NCBI GenBank assembly: GCA_012961955.1
Contig: DTYH01000048.1
Location: 1 to 62,563 of the forward strand
Origin: Desulfobacterales bacterium
GTDB taxonomy: Bacteria; Desulfobacterota; Desulfobacteria; Desulfobacterales; DTYH01
Direction of reading: 5' to 3'
Length of the DNA stretch: 62,563 bases
The position numbers and the translations under genes are program-made. Numbering within the stretch: the first letter of the stretch is position 1; each line of letters opens with the position of its first letter. The notes beneath the pieces were generated by a model. That model saw only the letters and a list, made by a program, of their open reading frames with translations, made no database searches and was not told where the DNA came from. Positions 47,674-58,524 of the stretch are shown here, one piece after another.

Positions 47674-48879
47674 ATGAAATATGTTATACTTGTCGGTGAT
47701 GGTATGGCCGATTACCCGCACAAGGAATTGGGAGGGAAAACACCATTAGAATATGCCAAGACACCTAGTATGGATTTTATTGCTTCTCATGGTGTCATCG
47801 GAACAGTAAAGACAATCCCAGACGGGTTTCCCCCAGGGAGTGATGTGGCCAACCTTTCTCTCTTCGGCTACGACCCAGAAACATGCTATTCAGGGCGCGG
47901 GCCGCTGGAAGCAGCAAGCTTGGGGGTACATCTCTTGCCTGAGGATGTTGCCTTCCGTTGTAACCTTGTTACCCTGGGAGAACGGGACGGAAAAACCTTT
48001 ATGGAAGATTATAGTTGCGGTCATATCACCACACAGGAATCCCGTGAAATCATAGAGGACTTGGATAGAGAACTGGGTTCAGAGGAAATAAAGATTTACC
48101 CTGGTATCTCATACCGCCATGTTCTGGTCTGGAAAAACGGACCTGAAGAAATTGAGTTAACCCCTCCGCATGACATCACTGGCCAGGATATTGAATCATA
48201 CATGCCGAAAGGAAAGAGGGATCAAGAAATTATACGATTGATGGAAAGATCGATGGAAGTACTCAAAAGACACCAGGTAAATTTGAAGCGATTGGAAAAT
48301 GGCCAAAGGCCAGCCAGTACGATATGGCTCTGGGGACAAGGGCGTGCTCCTAAAATGGAGACCTTAATGGAGAAGTATTCCCTTTCTGGCTCGGTAATAT
48401 CAGCCGTGGACTTAATAAAGGGGTTAGGTGTTTATGCTGGTTTGGAAGTCGTCGAGGTTCCTGGTGTAACGGGTTTTTTAGATACAAATTATCTTGGAAA
48501 GGCAGATTATGCGCTGTCGAGCCTGAAAGAAAAAGATTTCGTTTTTGTCCATGTAGAGGCACCTGACGAGGCGTCTCATATGGGTGATCTCGAAAAAAAA
48601 TTGATCGCCATCGAGGACTTTGACGCCAGAATAGTGGGAAGGATTCTTGAAGGACTAAAGGTGTTCGATGAATATCGTGTAATGATCGCTCCTGACCACC
48701 CCACCCCCCTTTCCGTAATGACTCATACCTCTGAACCGGTCCCTTTTGCCTTTTATTCAGGAGGAAAAGGGGATCTTCCGAAAAGAAAGGATATTGGATT
48801 TAACGAAAGAGATGCTGGTATGTCAGGCATCCATTTCGAAAAAGGAGAGGAATTGATAAATCGATTCATATACGGCTAG
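47674..48879 (+). CDS. cofactor-independent phosphoglycerate mutase, archaeal ApgM type
   Basis: MKYVILVGDGMADYP N-terminus and alkaline-phosphatase-superfamily metal sites (HVEAPDEASH, APDHPTP). Confidence 0.85.
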   Translation: MKYVILVGDGMADYPHKELGGKTPLEYAKTPSMDFIASHGVIGTVKTIPDGFPPGSDVANLSLFGYDPETCYSGRGPLEAASLGVHLLPEDVAFRCNLVTLGERDGKTFMEDYSCGHITTQESREIIEDLDRELGSEEIKIYPGISYRHVLVWKNGPEEIELTPPHDITGQDIESYMPKGKRDQEIIRLMERSMEVLKRHQVNLKRLENGQRPASTIWLWGQGRAPKMETLMEKYSLSGSVISAVDLIKGLGVYAGLEVVEVPGVTGFLDTNYLGKADYALSSLKEKDFVFVHVEAPDEASHMGDLEKKLIAIEDFDARIVGRILEGLKVFDEYRVMIAPDHPTPLSVMTHTSEPVPFAFYSGGKGDLPKRKDIGFNERDAGMSGIHFEKGEELINRFIYG

Positions 48880-48882
48880 TGT

Positions 48883-50388
48883 CTACTCCCGCGGTTTCAG
48901 ATTCAGTCGTCTTGCAATATCTTCTACAGTGAGTGCCACAAACCTTTCAAAGTCTTCAGGGCTAAGCTGTTTTCCAGGCTCCGGAACCACTTTCAGACTC
49001 TCTGGTTTGATAAGCTGGGGAAAATTCTTCAGCTCTGCTTTGGGTAGGATCTCGAATTCCGGGGGAAAGTTATCCTGGAAATACATATTTTGAAAATCTA
49101 CAAACTTAAGGACATGTGCCGTAGAATCGAGTATGGCTATCTCCCCTTTTTCTACTATTCCTTCTTTTAAAGCTCTAACAAGACCGGCCAAGCTCTCACC
49201 GCCCTGTGTACAGGCAATATGTCCATTGCGGTTGGCCGTGAGTTCCCAGTCCATGATCTCCTGTTCCGAGACCTCAACTACAAAGACCTTTTTCTCTTCA
49301 GCCTTACTGTTGTATTCCTCAACCAGCCTAATCACCCTGGGCATGGAGACAGGGTTCCCAATCATTGCGGCCTGGGCAACGCTTGGCCTTACTACAACCG
49401 GCCTCCAGACCCTTTTTTCCACATCCGGCTCCAGATAATACCGGTAGACTGGATTGGCGTGTTCAGACTGAACGCCGATAACCTTAGGAAGGCACTCAAT
49501 TACTTGTGTATCAAAAAAGTTTAAGAATCCTTGAATAACAGCAGTAATATTTCCGGCGTTGCCAATAGGAACAACTACCACTTTGTTAGTCATGTCATAG
49601 TCAAACCACTGGGCAATCTCATACGAATAGGACTCCTGCCCCTTGATCCGCCAGACATTCTTAGAATTTAGGAGAGCGACATTATATGTTTCGGCCATTC
49701 TCTCTACCACCTTCATACAATCATCAAAGACTCCAGGTATTTCAAACACCTGCGCTCCACTCCCCAGTGGCTGAGAAAGCTGCTGGGGGGTTACCTTCTT
49801 GTGTGGCAGAAGCACAGCCGATTTTACCACCCCTTGCAGATAAGCAGAGTAGAGGGCTGCTGAAGCTGATGTGTCCCCAGTAGAAGCACAGATTGAAAGG
49901 ATATCGCCAATCCCTCGCCTGCGCACAAGATAGTTAATATAGCTCAGGGCACTGGCCATCCCTCTATCCTTAAAAGACGCACTGGGATTTTGGCCATCAT
50001 TCTTGAAATAGAAGTCTACTCCCACCTTCTTTCTTAGAGACTCATTGGCCATAACCTGGGGGGTATGCCCTTCACCCAGATAGATAATATCCTCTAAAGG
50101 GATGATTGGGGCAACGAATTCGTGATAAAGGAATATACCTTTTAATGCATCTATGTTTAGCATCTTTCTATAATCAAAGATCTTTCTCCACAGACTCCCT
50201 GGAACTTCCTTTAATCTTTCGAACTCTTTGTCCTTCATCATGAGGACCGAACCACAGTTCGGACAGGTATAAAGGAGCTGGTCCACAGGATATTCCATGT
50301 GGCATCCCAGACAGTGGTAAACCAACTCCCCACCTACTTTAGGAACTAAATAACCCTGTATTTCTTCAGGAAAGTCTTGAAGTTGCAT
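48883..50388 (-). CDS. thrC: threonine synthase (long form with N-terminal zinc ribbon)
   Basis: CLGCH...CPNCG ribbon, PLP lysine context (NPSASFKDRG), and a SGDTS-like loop (STGDTSA). Confidence 0.9.
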   Translation of the reverse strand: MQLQDFPEEIQGYLVPKVGGELVYHCLGCHMEYPVDQLLYTCPNCGSVLMMKDKEFERLKEVPGSLWRKIFDYRKMLNIDALKGIFLYHEFVAPIIPLEDIIYLGEGHTPQVMANESLRKKVGVDFYFKNDGQNPSASFKDRGMASALSYINYLVRRRGIGDILSICASTGDTSASAALYSAYLQGVVKSAVLLPHKKVTPQQLSQPLGSGAQVFEIPGVFDDCMKVVERMAETYNVALLNSKNVWRIKGQESYSYEIAQWFDYDMTNKVVVVPIGNAGNITAVIQGFLNFFDTQVIECLPKVIGVQSEHANPVYRYYLEPDVEKRVWRPVVVRPSVAQAAMIGNPVSMPRVIRLVEEYNSKAEEKKVFVVEVSEQEIMDWELTANRNGHIACTQGGESLAGLVRALKEGIVEKGEIAILDSTAHVLKFVDFQNMYFQDNFPPEFEILPKAELKNFPQLIKPESLKVVPEPGKQLSPEDFERFVALTVEDIARRLNLKPRE

Positions 50389-50655
50389 ATTCAGCTCTCC
50401 TTACGTACCAGGTTTAAAGGGATTCCTCACCCCGCTTCGCTCCGTTCAAAGCGACCACGAAACCCACACAAGCAGTGAGCAAAAAAAGCATCTGAATAGT
50501 TACAAAGATTGTAACAGGTTAGCTCCCTGAAAAGCCACTGTTCAGTCGCTGCTTCCATGCTGTGACGGTTGCAAGTGTCGGTCATCAGTGCCGGCGACCA
50601 GTGACAGCCGACACAATGGGGACAGAAACACTTTAAAGGGCTAAAGTGTTAAGGT

Positions 50656-52248
50656 CTAATTAAACAGCACTCCTGGATTTAAGACCCCCATCGGATCAAA
50701 GCATTTTTTGATGTTATACATCTGTTCTATGATCTCTCTACTGTACTGGATGGCAAGAAAATCCTTTTTCATCCGGCCAATACCGTGCTCTGCGGAGACA
50801 CTCCCTTTTAGACGAACTACCTCGCATGCAAATTCCTTGTAAATCATAAACCCCCTGGCCAATTCTTCTGCACTCCTTGGCAGGATATTGATATGAAGAT
50901 GGCCATTGCCAATATGGCCGAATATTACATACTCAAGACGGGCTTCTTCAAGTTTGCTACGATAAAACTTCAAGATATGGCCCAGGTGCTCATCAGGGAC
51001 TGCCATGTCGGTACCAATCTTATGAAGTTCCGGTATCTTCCGTTTCCGATGACTAATGATTGTATTTACCGTCTCTGGCAATGCATGACGAAACAGTTTC
51101 ATCATTTCCAGATCGTGGTATTCGAAGCCAGCCCAGCTTTCCTCCATTCCCATCTCAACTTCAGCTAACAGCTTTTTTAATCCGGAGTAGATTTCACCCA
51201 ACTCTTCTTCTGTGGAAAAAGCGATTTCGATATAAAGGATCGCCTCTGTCTTGTCTGACAGATTAGGAATATTGCTGGAGGACCCTTCTTCCTGACGTTT
51301 TTTCCGTAGGAGAACAAGGGAATTGGGATCAAAATATTCCAGGGCTAAAGGTTTCAAGGTCGGGTTGGATTTGATCTTTGCGACAAACTCAACGACTTGC
51401 TCTTCACTTCTAAAAAATACGCACGCATACAGAAATTCTTTTGGCATTTCTATTAATTTAAACTCAATCTCAGTGATTATTCCCAAGGTCCCTTCACTAC
51501 CAATAAAGAGGTCAATCGCATCCATGCCTTCTTTAATAAAATAGCCAGCAGTATTTTTGGTTTTTGGCATGTGTATAGATGGAAGTATGATTTTTGTCTC
51601 TGTGCCATCAGTCCTGAGAAGTCTCAGTTCTCTCCCCTCAGCCGTTACCTCGCCTCTCCTTAACTCCAGGATGCTTCCATCGGCCAGAACTACCTTTATC
51701 CACCTAACCCAGTCTCGGGTTGGCCCAAAGTAAAGGGTTCGAGCCCCCGAGGCGTTAGTAGCTACCGTACCTCCGAGATGAGCCAGCGTTTCAGTCGGAT
51801 CGACAGGATAAAAGAGTTCCCGGGGTGGCTTTTCTTTCTCAACCATGAAATTCTGTTTTTTTAGGCTACTTAGTAAGTCTGCCAGCCTGACACCAGCAGT
51901 AACCCAGGCTCGCCACTCCCCTGAGTTCTCGTCTTTAAAGACCCTGATCGGTCTTACCATTCTTTCTAAAGAGATTAGATTCTTAACCTCCACAGGCACG
52001 GCACCTCCCGTGATTCCGGTCCGGCCTCCGGAAACAACAACACCTTCTTCTCTTTGTGATATTTCCCTAATAGCAGTACTTACCTCTTCTGAATTCCTTG
52101 GAAAATACAGATTGGCTACACTTGTGCCTATTAATTTTGATTCATCTTCCAAAAACTGAGCATATCTTTCATTAATTCTCCGCCTCCCGAAAATCTTGGG
52201 GCAGTTTATCCCTTCTGTTTTTGGTGGTGAAGGTTTCAACAGATTCAT
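50656..52248 (-). CDS. FAD-linked 2-hydroxyacid dehydrogenase (GlcD / D-lactate / D-2-hydroxyglutarate dehydrogenase family)
   Basis: FAD_binding_4 domain (PRNSEEVSTAIREISQREEGVVVSGGRTGITGG) and a C-terminal FAD-oxidase domain (GSVSAEHGIG). Its start overlaps the etfA stop. Confidence 0.85.
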   Translation of the reverse strand: MNLLKPSPPKTEGINCPKIFGRRRINERYAQFLEDESKLIGTSVANLYFPRNSEEVSTAIREISQREEGVVVSGGRTGITGGAVPVEVKNLISLERMVRPIRVFKDENSGEWRAWVTAGVRLADLLSSLKKQNFMVEKEKPPRELFYPVDPTETLAHLGGTVATNASGARTLYFGPTRDWVRWIKVVLADGSILELRRGEVTAEGRELRLLRTDGTETKIILPSIHMPKTKNTAGYFIKEGMDAIDLFIGSEGTLGIITEIEFKLIEMPKEFLYACVFFRSEEQVVEFVAKIKSNPTLKPLALEYFDPNSLVLLRKKRQEEGSSSNIPNLSDKTEAILYIEIAFSTEEELGEIYSGLKKLLAEVEMGMEESWAGFEYHDLEMMKLFRHALPETVNTIISHRKRKIPELHKIGTDMAVPDEHLGHILKFYRSKLEEARLEYVIFGHIGNGHLHINILPRSAEELARGFMIYKEFACEVVRLKGSVSAEHGIGRMKKDFLAIQYSREIIEQMYNIKKCFDPMGVLNPGVLFN

Positions 52249-53447
52249 TATCTCTTTACCCTTCTTTCAGCGTATTTAATTAGTTCTGGTATGACTTCAA
52301 ACATATCAGCGACAATTCCGTAATCGGCATAATTGAAGATGGGAGCGTCTTTGTCTTTGTTTATTGCAACAATTATCTTTGATGATTGCATTCCTACAAG
52401 ATGTTGAACCGCGCCGGAGATTCCACACGCAAAATAGATATCTGGGTGTACGGTTCGTCCTGTCTGACCAACCTGCCTGGAATACGGTACCCAACCAGCA
52501 TCAACTGCAGCACGAGAGGCCCCGATCACTCCACCTATGACCTTTGCAAATCTTTCCAAGAGCCGAAAACCCTTGGGTGCTCCGACGCCTCTACCACCAG
52601 CCACTATGATTCCAGCTTCGGTTAAGTCTTCAGTTTCTTTTAAGGAGTCAACAGTATCTAATATCTCGGTCTCACTCCTTAAAGAAGAGAGCAAAGGATC
52701 AATATTCTGTACCACCTGATTCTTATGTGGAGATGGTAAAGGAGATGCTGTTTTCATAACACGGGGACGTACTGTAGCCATCTGCGGTCTGCGGTTAGGG
52801 CATTCGATCGTGGCCATAATATTGCCACCAAATGCTGGTCGTGTTTGCAGCAGATTACCCGTATTTTCGTCTACGTCAAGCTCAGTACAATCAGCAGTCA
52901 GTCCGGTGCGGACTTTTACAGCAACCCTTGGAATAAGAGAACGTCCCCTGAGTGTGGCCCCGCTCAGAATTATCTCTGGCTTTTTTTCACGGATCAAATC
53001 TGTTAATAGATTGGCATATATCTCGCTGTTATAATCCTTGAGTTGTTGATGCTGGATCAAGAATATGTCATCCACGTCATAATGCTTTAACGTAGCCAAT
53101 ACCTGGTCCAGTCTGTTTCCTATGGAAACTACTCCCAAACGACAATTTCTTTTTCTTGCAAGCTCCCGTCCCACACCAATCAGTTCCAGAACCACAGGAT
53201 GTAAAGACCCTCTTTTTTGTTCTCCATAGATCCAGACATCCTTGTAATCTTTAAGATCAATCTCTTCCTCGGGGACATCTGGGAGAGTCAGGGCTTCACT
53301 CGGACAGACGTCTAGACAGATACCACACAGGGTGCACGTATCACTGCACTCAAGCCCAGACGGGCCCAGTTCAAGTGAACCAAAAGGACATATGTTAACA
53401 CATTCTTCACACTCTATACACAGATCCTTATCTATTACTACTGGCAT
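52248..53447 (-). CDS. etfA: electron transfer flavoprotein alpha subunit with N-terminal 2x[4Fe-4S] ferredoxin domain
   Basis: CIECEECVNICP and CTLCGICLDVCP precede a normal EtfA body (QVGQTGRTVHPDIYFACGISGAVQH). Confidence 0.9.
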   Translation of the reverse strand: MPVVIDKDLCIECEECVNICPFGSLELGPSGLECSDTCTLCGICLDVCPSEALTLPDVPEEEIDLKDYKDVWIYGEQKRGSLHPVVLELIGVGRELARKRNCRLGVVSIGNRLDQVLATLKHYDVDDIFLIQHQQLKDYNSEIYANLLTDLIREKKPEIILSGATLRGRSLIPRVAVKVRTGLTADCTELDVDENTGNLLQTRPAFGGNIMATIECPNRRPQMATVRPRVMKTASPLPSPHKNQVVQNIDPLLSSLRSETEILDTVDSLKETEDLTEAGIIVAGGRGVGAPKGFRLLERFAKVIGGVIGASRAAVDAGWVPYSRQVGQTGRTVHPDIYFACGISGAVQHLVGMQSSKIIVAINKDKDAPIFNYADYGIVADMFEVIPELIKYAERRVKR

Positions 53448-54235
53448 CTTAAAACCCCCTCTTTTTGGAGGCTCGAAAATAGATTTACTGCTATCTCCTC
53501 TGGATTGCCTGTAAGAATCTTTGTTTTTCTGGCCTGCTCGGGAACAAAAATCCTCACCACCCGAGTAGGAGAACCCTTAAGGCCCAGTCGATTAAAGTCG
53601 GCTTTTATTTCCTCGCCTCCAAGAACATTAGGCTCATAACGTCGTCCCTTCATAGCACTCTTTAACGAGGGCAACCTGGGTTCATTAATCTCTTTTACTA
53701 CCGTCAGGACGGCAGGCAAGGTTGATCTAATTATTTCGTAGCCTGTATCCGTCATACTTTCTACCACTATGTATCTTTTATTAATCTTTCTGATCTTCCT
53801 GACGTAGATCAGTTGTGGCAGGTCAAGATGAGCGGCAATCCCTGGTCCTACCTGGGCAGTATCTCCGTCAATAGCCTGTTTTCCACAAAAAATCAAAACA
53901 GCATTTCCAAGACGGCGGATGGCCTGGGCCAGGGTGTAAGAAGTAGCCAATGTGTCTGCCCCAGCAAATTCAGGCCCGCAGATCAGATAACCTTCATCAG
54001 CACCCAGAGCTATGGCATGCTGCAAGACCTTTTTTGCTTGGGGTGGCCCCATGGTAATCGCAGTAACTACTCCTCCCATTCTCTCTTTAACCCTCACTGC
54101 CTCTTCTATGGCAAAGGGATCTAATGGGTTCAAAATACTCTCCACACCTTCCCGTACAAGGGTGTTTGTTTCAGGATCTATTCGCACATCTGAAGTATCC
54201 GGTACTTGTTTTATGCATACTATCAGTCTCTTCAT
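53438..54235 (-). CDS. etfB: electron transfer flavoprotein beta subunit
   Basis: MKRLIVCIKQVPD... N-terminus. AGGAGG SD lies before the ATG at 54235. 10-nt overlap with etfA. Confidence 0.9.
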   Translation of the reverse strand: MKRLIVCIKQVPDTSDVRIDPETNTLVREGVESILNPLDPFAIEEAVRVKERMGGVVTAITMGPPQAKKVLQHAIALGADEGYLICGPEFAGADTLATSYTLAQAIRRLGNAVLIFCGKQAIDGDTAQVGPGIAAHLDLPQLIYVRKIRKINKRYIVVESMTDTGYEIIRSTLPAVLTVVKEINEPRLPSLKSAMKGRRYEPNVLGGEEIKADFNRLGLKGSPTRVVRIFVPEQARKTKILTGNPEEIAVNLFSSLQKEGVLRCQ

Positions 54236-54383
54236 TTTCCTCCTGAATGTATAGTAATAATTTGGCCTTTTGAAAAATTGAGTAATAAAGTTGTAATCAG
54301 TCAATCTTGTTCACGAAAGTGAGCAAGATTAACCGATTACAACTCTTTTGAAGGAGCTAATGCGTTACAATCTATTAAGAGTT

Positions 54384-54455
54384 ACCCGGTCAGAAAAGCC
54401 CCTTGTGGAAGGAGAGGGTCAAGATCCTCCACAAGAGACTTTTTATGAAACCATG
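54384..54455. repeat. composite fragment: family-3 left half joined to a family-1 right terminus
   Basis: ACCCGGTCAGAAAAGCCCCTTGTGGAAGGAGAGGGTCAAGATC, followed by AGAGACTTTTTATGAAACCATG. Confidence 0.55.
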
Positions 54456-54483
54456 AACAACAAGTCTTGACGTTTGCGCCGAT

Positions 54484-56235
54484 TCAACCAGGGATTCCTT
54501 TGGCATCCCAGCCTCGCAGGCGATAGTACTCCCCGCGCATCTTTTCGAGGTCTTTTTTTTCAATGCTTTTTCCTGATTCTGGCAAGCGTTCCTTATAAAA
54601 ACGCTCAGGTAAACAATCATCCTCTGCAGTGATTCCTTCCCGAAGATTAAATTTTCGTGTGAGATCAGTGATATTGGCAGCAACCTTTCCCAATTCTCCT
54701 ATGGTAAAATTTTCTCCTGTAATTCCCTCCAGCAAGACCTGAATATCCTCCCACAAGATGAGATCACGGAAAAATCGGCAAAGCACAAAAGTATCGAAGA
54801 TAGTCAGTCGATCTTCGTACTTAACAAACAGCTCTGCCTTTCCCTCGATCTTATCAGGATCTATGATTCCTGCAAGTTCTGGCTTATAAAAGGTAGCCCG
54901 CAGGTGACAGGCTCCTCTATCCGAGACGGCATAAGCCAACCCCATCCCCTTTAATACCCTTGGATCATAACCTGCCGGCTCCATTCCCTTGACATGGATG
55001 GCAATATCTTCAAGTCCCCATTCATGGCTGGCAAAGCGAATTCCTTCTGCCAAGACGGCACCTATCCCTTCTTTTCTGGCGATCATCCATAGGAGTTTTG
55101 CAACAGCATCTACGTCTCCGTAATCGATGGGAAAGTCTATTTTGCCACGAAGCGCTGCTTCGATGGCAAAAGCACATAGATTGCCGGCCGTTATGGTATC
55201 CATGCCCATGCGATCGCAGATATCGTTAAGGTAAGCTATTTCTTCAAGGCTGTCTATCATACACAATCCACCAAAGGAATAGATGGTTTCGTATTCGGGT
55301 CCCTCGATCTTCAGTCCTTTATGTCTTCCTTTAAGGACCTCAGTCAATTTTCCGCAGGCCATGAAGCATTTTGGACAGGCCGTGGCCTTGACTTTAAAAT
55401 TTTCCAACAAATAGTCTGCCGTCAACTTCTCCCAATGTTTAGGATTACCTTCAGACCAGTAACGGGAGGGAAAACTACCCACCTTATTGAGTATGGCGAC
55501 CATCATAGGAGTACCCAATTTTCGGTATATCTTGACGCCCTGATCGTCCTTTCCCTTTTCGATCATCCGTTCCCAGTGTTCCTCAAGGATTTCCGGTCGG
55601 GCCACATCCCTTTTCCGATTCCCATAAAACACAATCGCCTTAACCTTCTTAGACCCCATTACTGTCCCTGGCCCGGACCGGCCTGCGGAGCGCCAGTAAT
55701 TGTTTTCTACCACTGAAAAACGTACCAAGTTTTCTCCTGCCGGTCCTATAACAACAGCTTGAGCACCTTTTTGACCTACCTCATTTAGTACCTGATCCTC
55801 TGTGGTGTAGGTGTCTTTACCCCAAAGATGGGTGGCTTCATGAAATCTTACTCCCTTATCCGAAATCTCCAGATAAACAGGCCTGGTAGAAATCCCCTCC
55901 AGCATTATAGCGTCGTACCCGGTTCTGCTAATCGCTTCAGCAACCCTACCACCGGAATATGATTCAGAATAGATATCGGTAAGAGGCGATTTTGTAAAGA
56001 TCCCATAGCGACTTGAACCATGAACTTTTGTGTCTGCAGAGCAGCCCACTGCAAAGATCAAGTGATTCTCCGGGCCTAGAGGATCTGTCCCAGCAGGGTT
56101 GTTTACAAACAAGAGATACGTACCCAGACCTTTGGCTCCCAAGTATGTCCTGTAGACCTGATCGTCAATTTCTTCAGGTTTCCAGCTTTGATCGCTCAAA
56201 TTTATCCTTAAAACACGATTGAAAAACCCCTTCAT
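54484..56235 (-). CDS. aor: aldehyde:ferredoxin oxidoreductase (tungstopterin AOR family)
   Basis: MKGFFNRVLRINLS N-terminus, 583 aa, and AOR-family motifs (GGRxxA, CxxCxxxC context CPKCFMACGK, DRGACH). Confidence 0.9.
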   Translation of the reverse strand: MKGFFNRVLRINLSDQSWKPEEIDDQVYRTYLGAKGLGTYLLFVNNPAGTDPLGPENHLIFAVGCSADTKVHGSSRYGIFTKSPLTDIYSESYSGGRVAEAISRTGYDAIMLEGISTRPVYLEISDKGVRFHEATHLWGKDTYTTEDQVLNEVGQKGAQAVVIGPAGENLVRFSVVENNYWRSAGRSGPGTVMGSKKVKAIVFYGNRKRDVARPEILEEHWERMIEKGKDDQGVKIYRKLGTPMMVAILNKVGSFPSRYWSEGNPKHWEKLTADYLLENFKVKATACPKCFMACGKLTEVLKGRHKGLKIEGPEYETIYSFGGLCMIDSLEEIAYLNDICDRMGMDTITAGNLCAFAIEAALRGKIDFPIDYGDVDAVAKLLWMIARKEGIGAVLAEGIRFASHEWGLEDIAIHVKGMEPAGYDPRVLKGMGLAYAVSDRGACHLRATFYKPELAGIIDPDKIEGKAELFVKYEDRLTIFDTFVLCRFFRDLILWEDIQVLLEGITGENFTIGELGKVAANITDLTRKFNLREGITAEDDCLPERFYKERLPESGKSIEKKDLEKMRGEYYRLRGWDAKGIPG

Positions 56236-56576
56236 AGCACCCCCCTATTTAAGTCTAATCAAAAAATAAACAAAAAATCTTGTAAGACTTTTGGCCTTTT
56301 AAAAAAGTCTGTGTATATACCTGGTTGTAGATTATGTGGAGGAAATGGATAAGGACGGCAAGGACGGACGAGATGGACAAGCCTTCCTTATACCCTGCAA
56401 AAAAATAGGCCCATGGCCGTGGTTCACTTGCATAAACCCCGCGTGTTGAACAACTTAAATTCTCAAATAGCTGGAGAGTTACAAAATTTTTCCTTCTCAC
56501 ATACCTAGGTCCTTTACTTTGGGATAACTGCATAGCATTGGTCCTTTATATGCTGTTGACTTTAAGTCATATATCA

Positions 56577-56762
56577 TGGCTTCGTGAAACGTCCAATTTT
56601 GCTCTTTCCGTGGGCAATTCTGAGATTCAGAATTCGCCCGGCCAAATTCCATAAATTGGGTCTGTGCCCTCAAAGAGTATGAGATTTTTAACGCCAGGCT
56701 CCTTCTGAATCTTCTCTCAAAATTGCTCAGCGTCGTTCGCAAAATGACTTTTTGCAAAGCCA
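56577..56762. mobile_element. family-1 MITE, long form
   Basis: Collinear with 37503-37690, with imperfect TIRs. TCATATAT lies on both flanks (56567-56574 and 56763-56770). Confidence 0.8.
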
Positions 56763-57139
56763 TCATATATATAAGTAGTTAAGAACTTGTCGGCCATCCT
56801 GACCCATCTTGTAGTATATTATCAATGGAGAAGTGAATAAGCTTTTTAGAAGCGAAGATGTCTTTTTGCCTTTCAATTTCTCCGAGGGTATAATTCTGGG
56901 TAGATATTTTGAGGGCAGGACTCTCCTCCCCCCCAACCCAGTCAAGTTCATAAGAATCTTTGTAACTATTTAGATGCCTTTTATTCTCTCCTGGTGTGCG
57001 TTTCCTGGTGGTTCTGGACGAAGCTCGTTACCGCGTCGTTCTGAACGAAACAAAGCGGAGCGAAGAATCTCTCTTTAGATGCTTCAGATGCTTCGCTAAC
57101 GCAGCATGACGGTTTTGACCTGAATAGCTACAAATTTTT

Positions 57140-58432
57140 TTACCAATATTTCATGGATTCTTTTGCAATTTGTGTCAACTCTTTTTCGCCCACCTTACGA
57201 GGACAGCCTACCAGGAGACGTTGCTGTTTCAAAGTTCCTTCGACTATTTGAGGGATATCTGCTTCTGTATAACCCAACTCAGCTATGCCGCTTGGGAATC
57301 CAATGTCCTTCATCAATTGAATTATTGCATCCGGGAGGGCCATTGCTGCCTCAATTACCGACATCCCTTCGGTGTTTATTCCCAGAAGTTGCGCTGCGTG
57401 GGCGTGTTTTTCTGGCCAGATAGCCGCAGTAAACTTGAAAGCAGCCGGGGCAGTCACGGTTACTGAATGTCCATGAGGGACCATTGGTTCATCCACATTG
57501 TATCCTGGTGGTACGTAATCGCGGACCATCCCGGCGATCGGGTAGGCCATAGAATGGGGAATGTGTACCCCTGAATTGCCGAATCCAATCCCGGCAAAGG
57601 TAGAACCCGCCATCATATGCCACCTTGCCTCCAGATCGTAGGGGTCTGCCACAGCCCGGCGCAAATACTTGCCCACGATTTCAATGGCCTTGACACACCA
57701 GATATCACTGATTATGTTGGATCCTATATAAGCAGCTCTCTGGCTGGGATGATCTGGCCTTTTGCGTTTGTCAAACGGCATAGTAGTATAAGATTCGAGA
57801 GCATGGGTTAAGACGTCAGTACCAGTAGAGGCCGTAACTTCAGGGGGCATAGATACTGTTAATAGTGGGTCAATGAGTGCCATGGTGGGGCGCAGATACG
57901 GGTGCGAAATTCCAGTTTTTAGCTTCATGTCCAGGATATCCAATACTGCGGCCGGGGTAGTTTCACTCCCAGTTCCGGCAGTTGTAGGGATAGCCAGGGT
58001 CGGTTTAAGAGGACCGGGTATGGGTCTGGCATTGCCAATCGGTTTATTGATGTATTCCAAGATTGGGGCAGGGTATGTGATCAAAAGGTTAGCCGCTTTA
58101 GTTGTATCAATAGTGCTTCCCCCACCTATTGCCACATAAAGATCAAATTCACTCCCTTTCAAGTCACTAGCAGCTTTATCAAACGATTTATCAGTAGGCT
58201 CTACATGTACCTCATCGTAAATCTCAACACCAATCCCTTCTTTCTCAATAACCTTCTTTACCCTGTCTGGATGACCGGTCTCTCTTAGGTTCTTGTCTGT
58301 ACAGATAAGAACCTTATTAGCCCCCAATCGCTTGGCTTCATAACCAGCCTCATCTGATGCCCCAAAGCCGAACTTTATAGGAATGGCTGTAAAGGCAATG
58401 ATACTCTCCGTGGGATAATTTGGAACCTGCAT
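57140..58432 (-). CDS. iron-containing alcohol dehydrogenase, hydroxyacid-oxoacid transhydrogenase (HOT/ADHFE1)-like
   Basis: Long stretches resemble ADHFE1-type enzymes as I recall them (PLKPTLAIPTTAGTGSETT, ALESYTTMPF, YIGSNIISDIW, GFGNSGVHIPHSMAYPIAG, NVDEPMVPHG). Confidence 0.8.
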   Translation of the reverse strand: MQVPNYPTESIIAFTAIPIKFGFGASDEAGYEAKRLGANKVLICTDKNLRETGHPDRVKKVIEKEGIGVEIYDEVHVEPTDKSFDKAASDLKGSEFDLYVAIGGGSTIDTTKAANLLITYPAPILEYINKPIGNARPIPGPLKPTLAIPTTAGTGSETTPAAVLDILDMKLKTGISHPYLRPTMALIDPLLTVSMPPEVTASTGTDVLTHALESYTTMPFDKRKRPDHPSQRAAYIGSNIISDIWCVKAIEIVGKYLRRAVADPYDLEARWHMMAGSTFAGIGFGNSGVHIPHSMAYPIAGMVRDYVPPGYNVDEPMVPHGHSVTVTAPAAFKFTAAIWPEKHAHAAQLLGINTEGMSVIEAAMALPDAIIQLMKDIGFPSGIAELGYTEADIPQIVEGTLKQQRLLVGCPRKVGEKELTQIAKESMKYW

Positions 58433-58524
58433 CTTGTAGCCTCCTTTCTAGTGAGTTACCCGGGGGAAGGTCTTCAAGAAGCCCCTACCCCGGGACAGAT
58501 TCATATGCAGTTCAGACAATGTTT

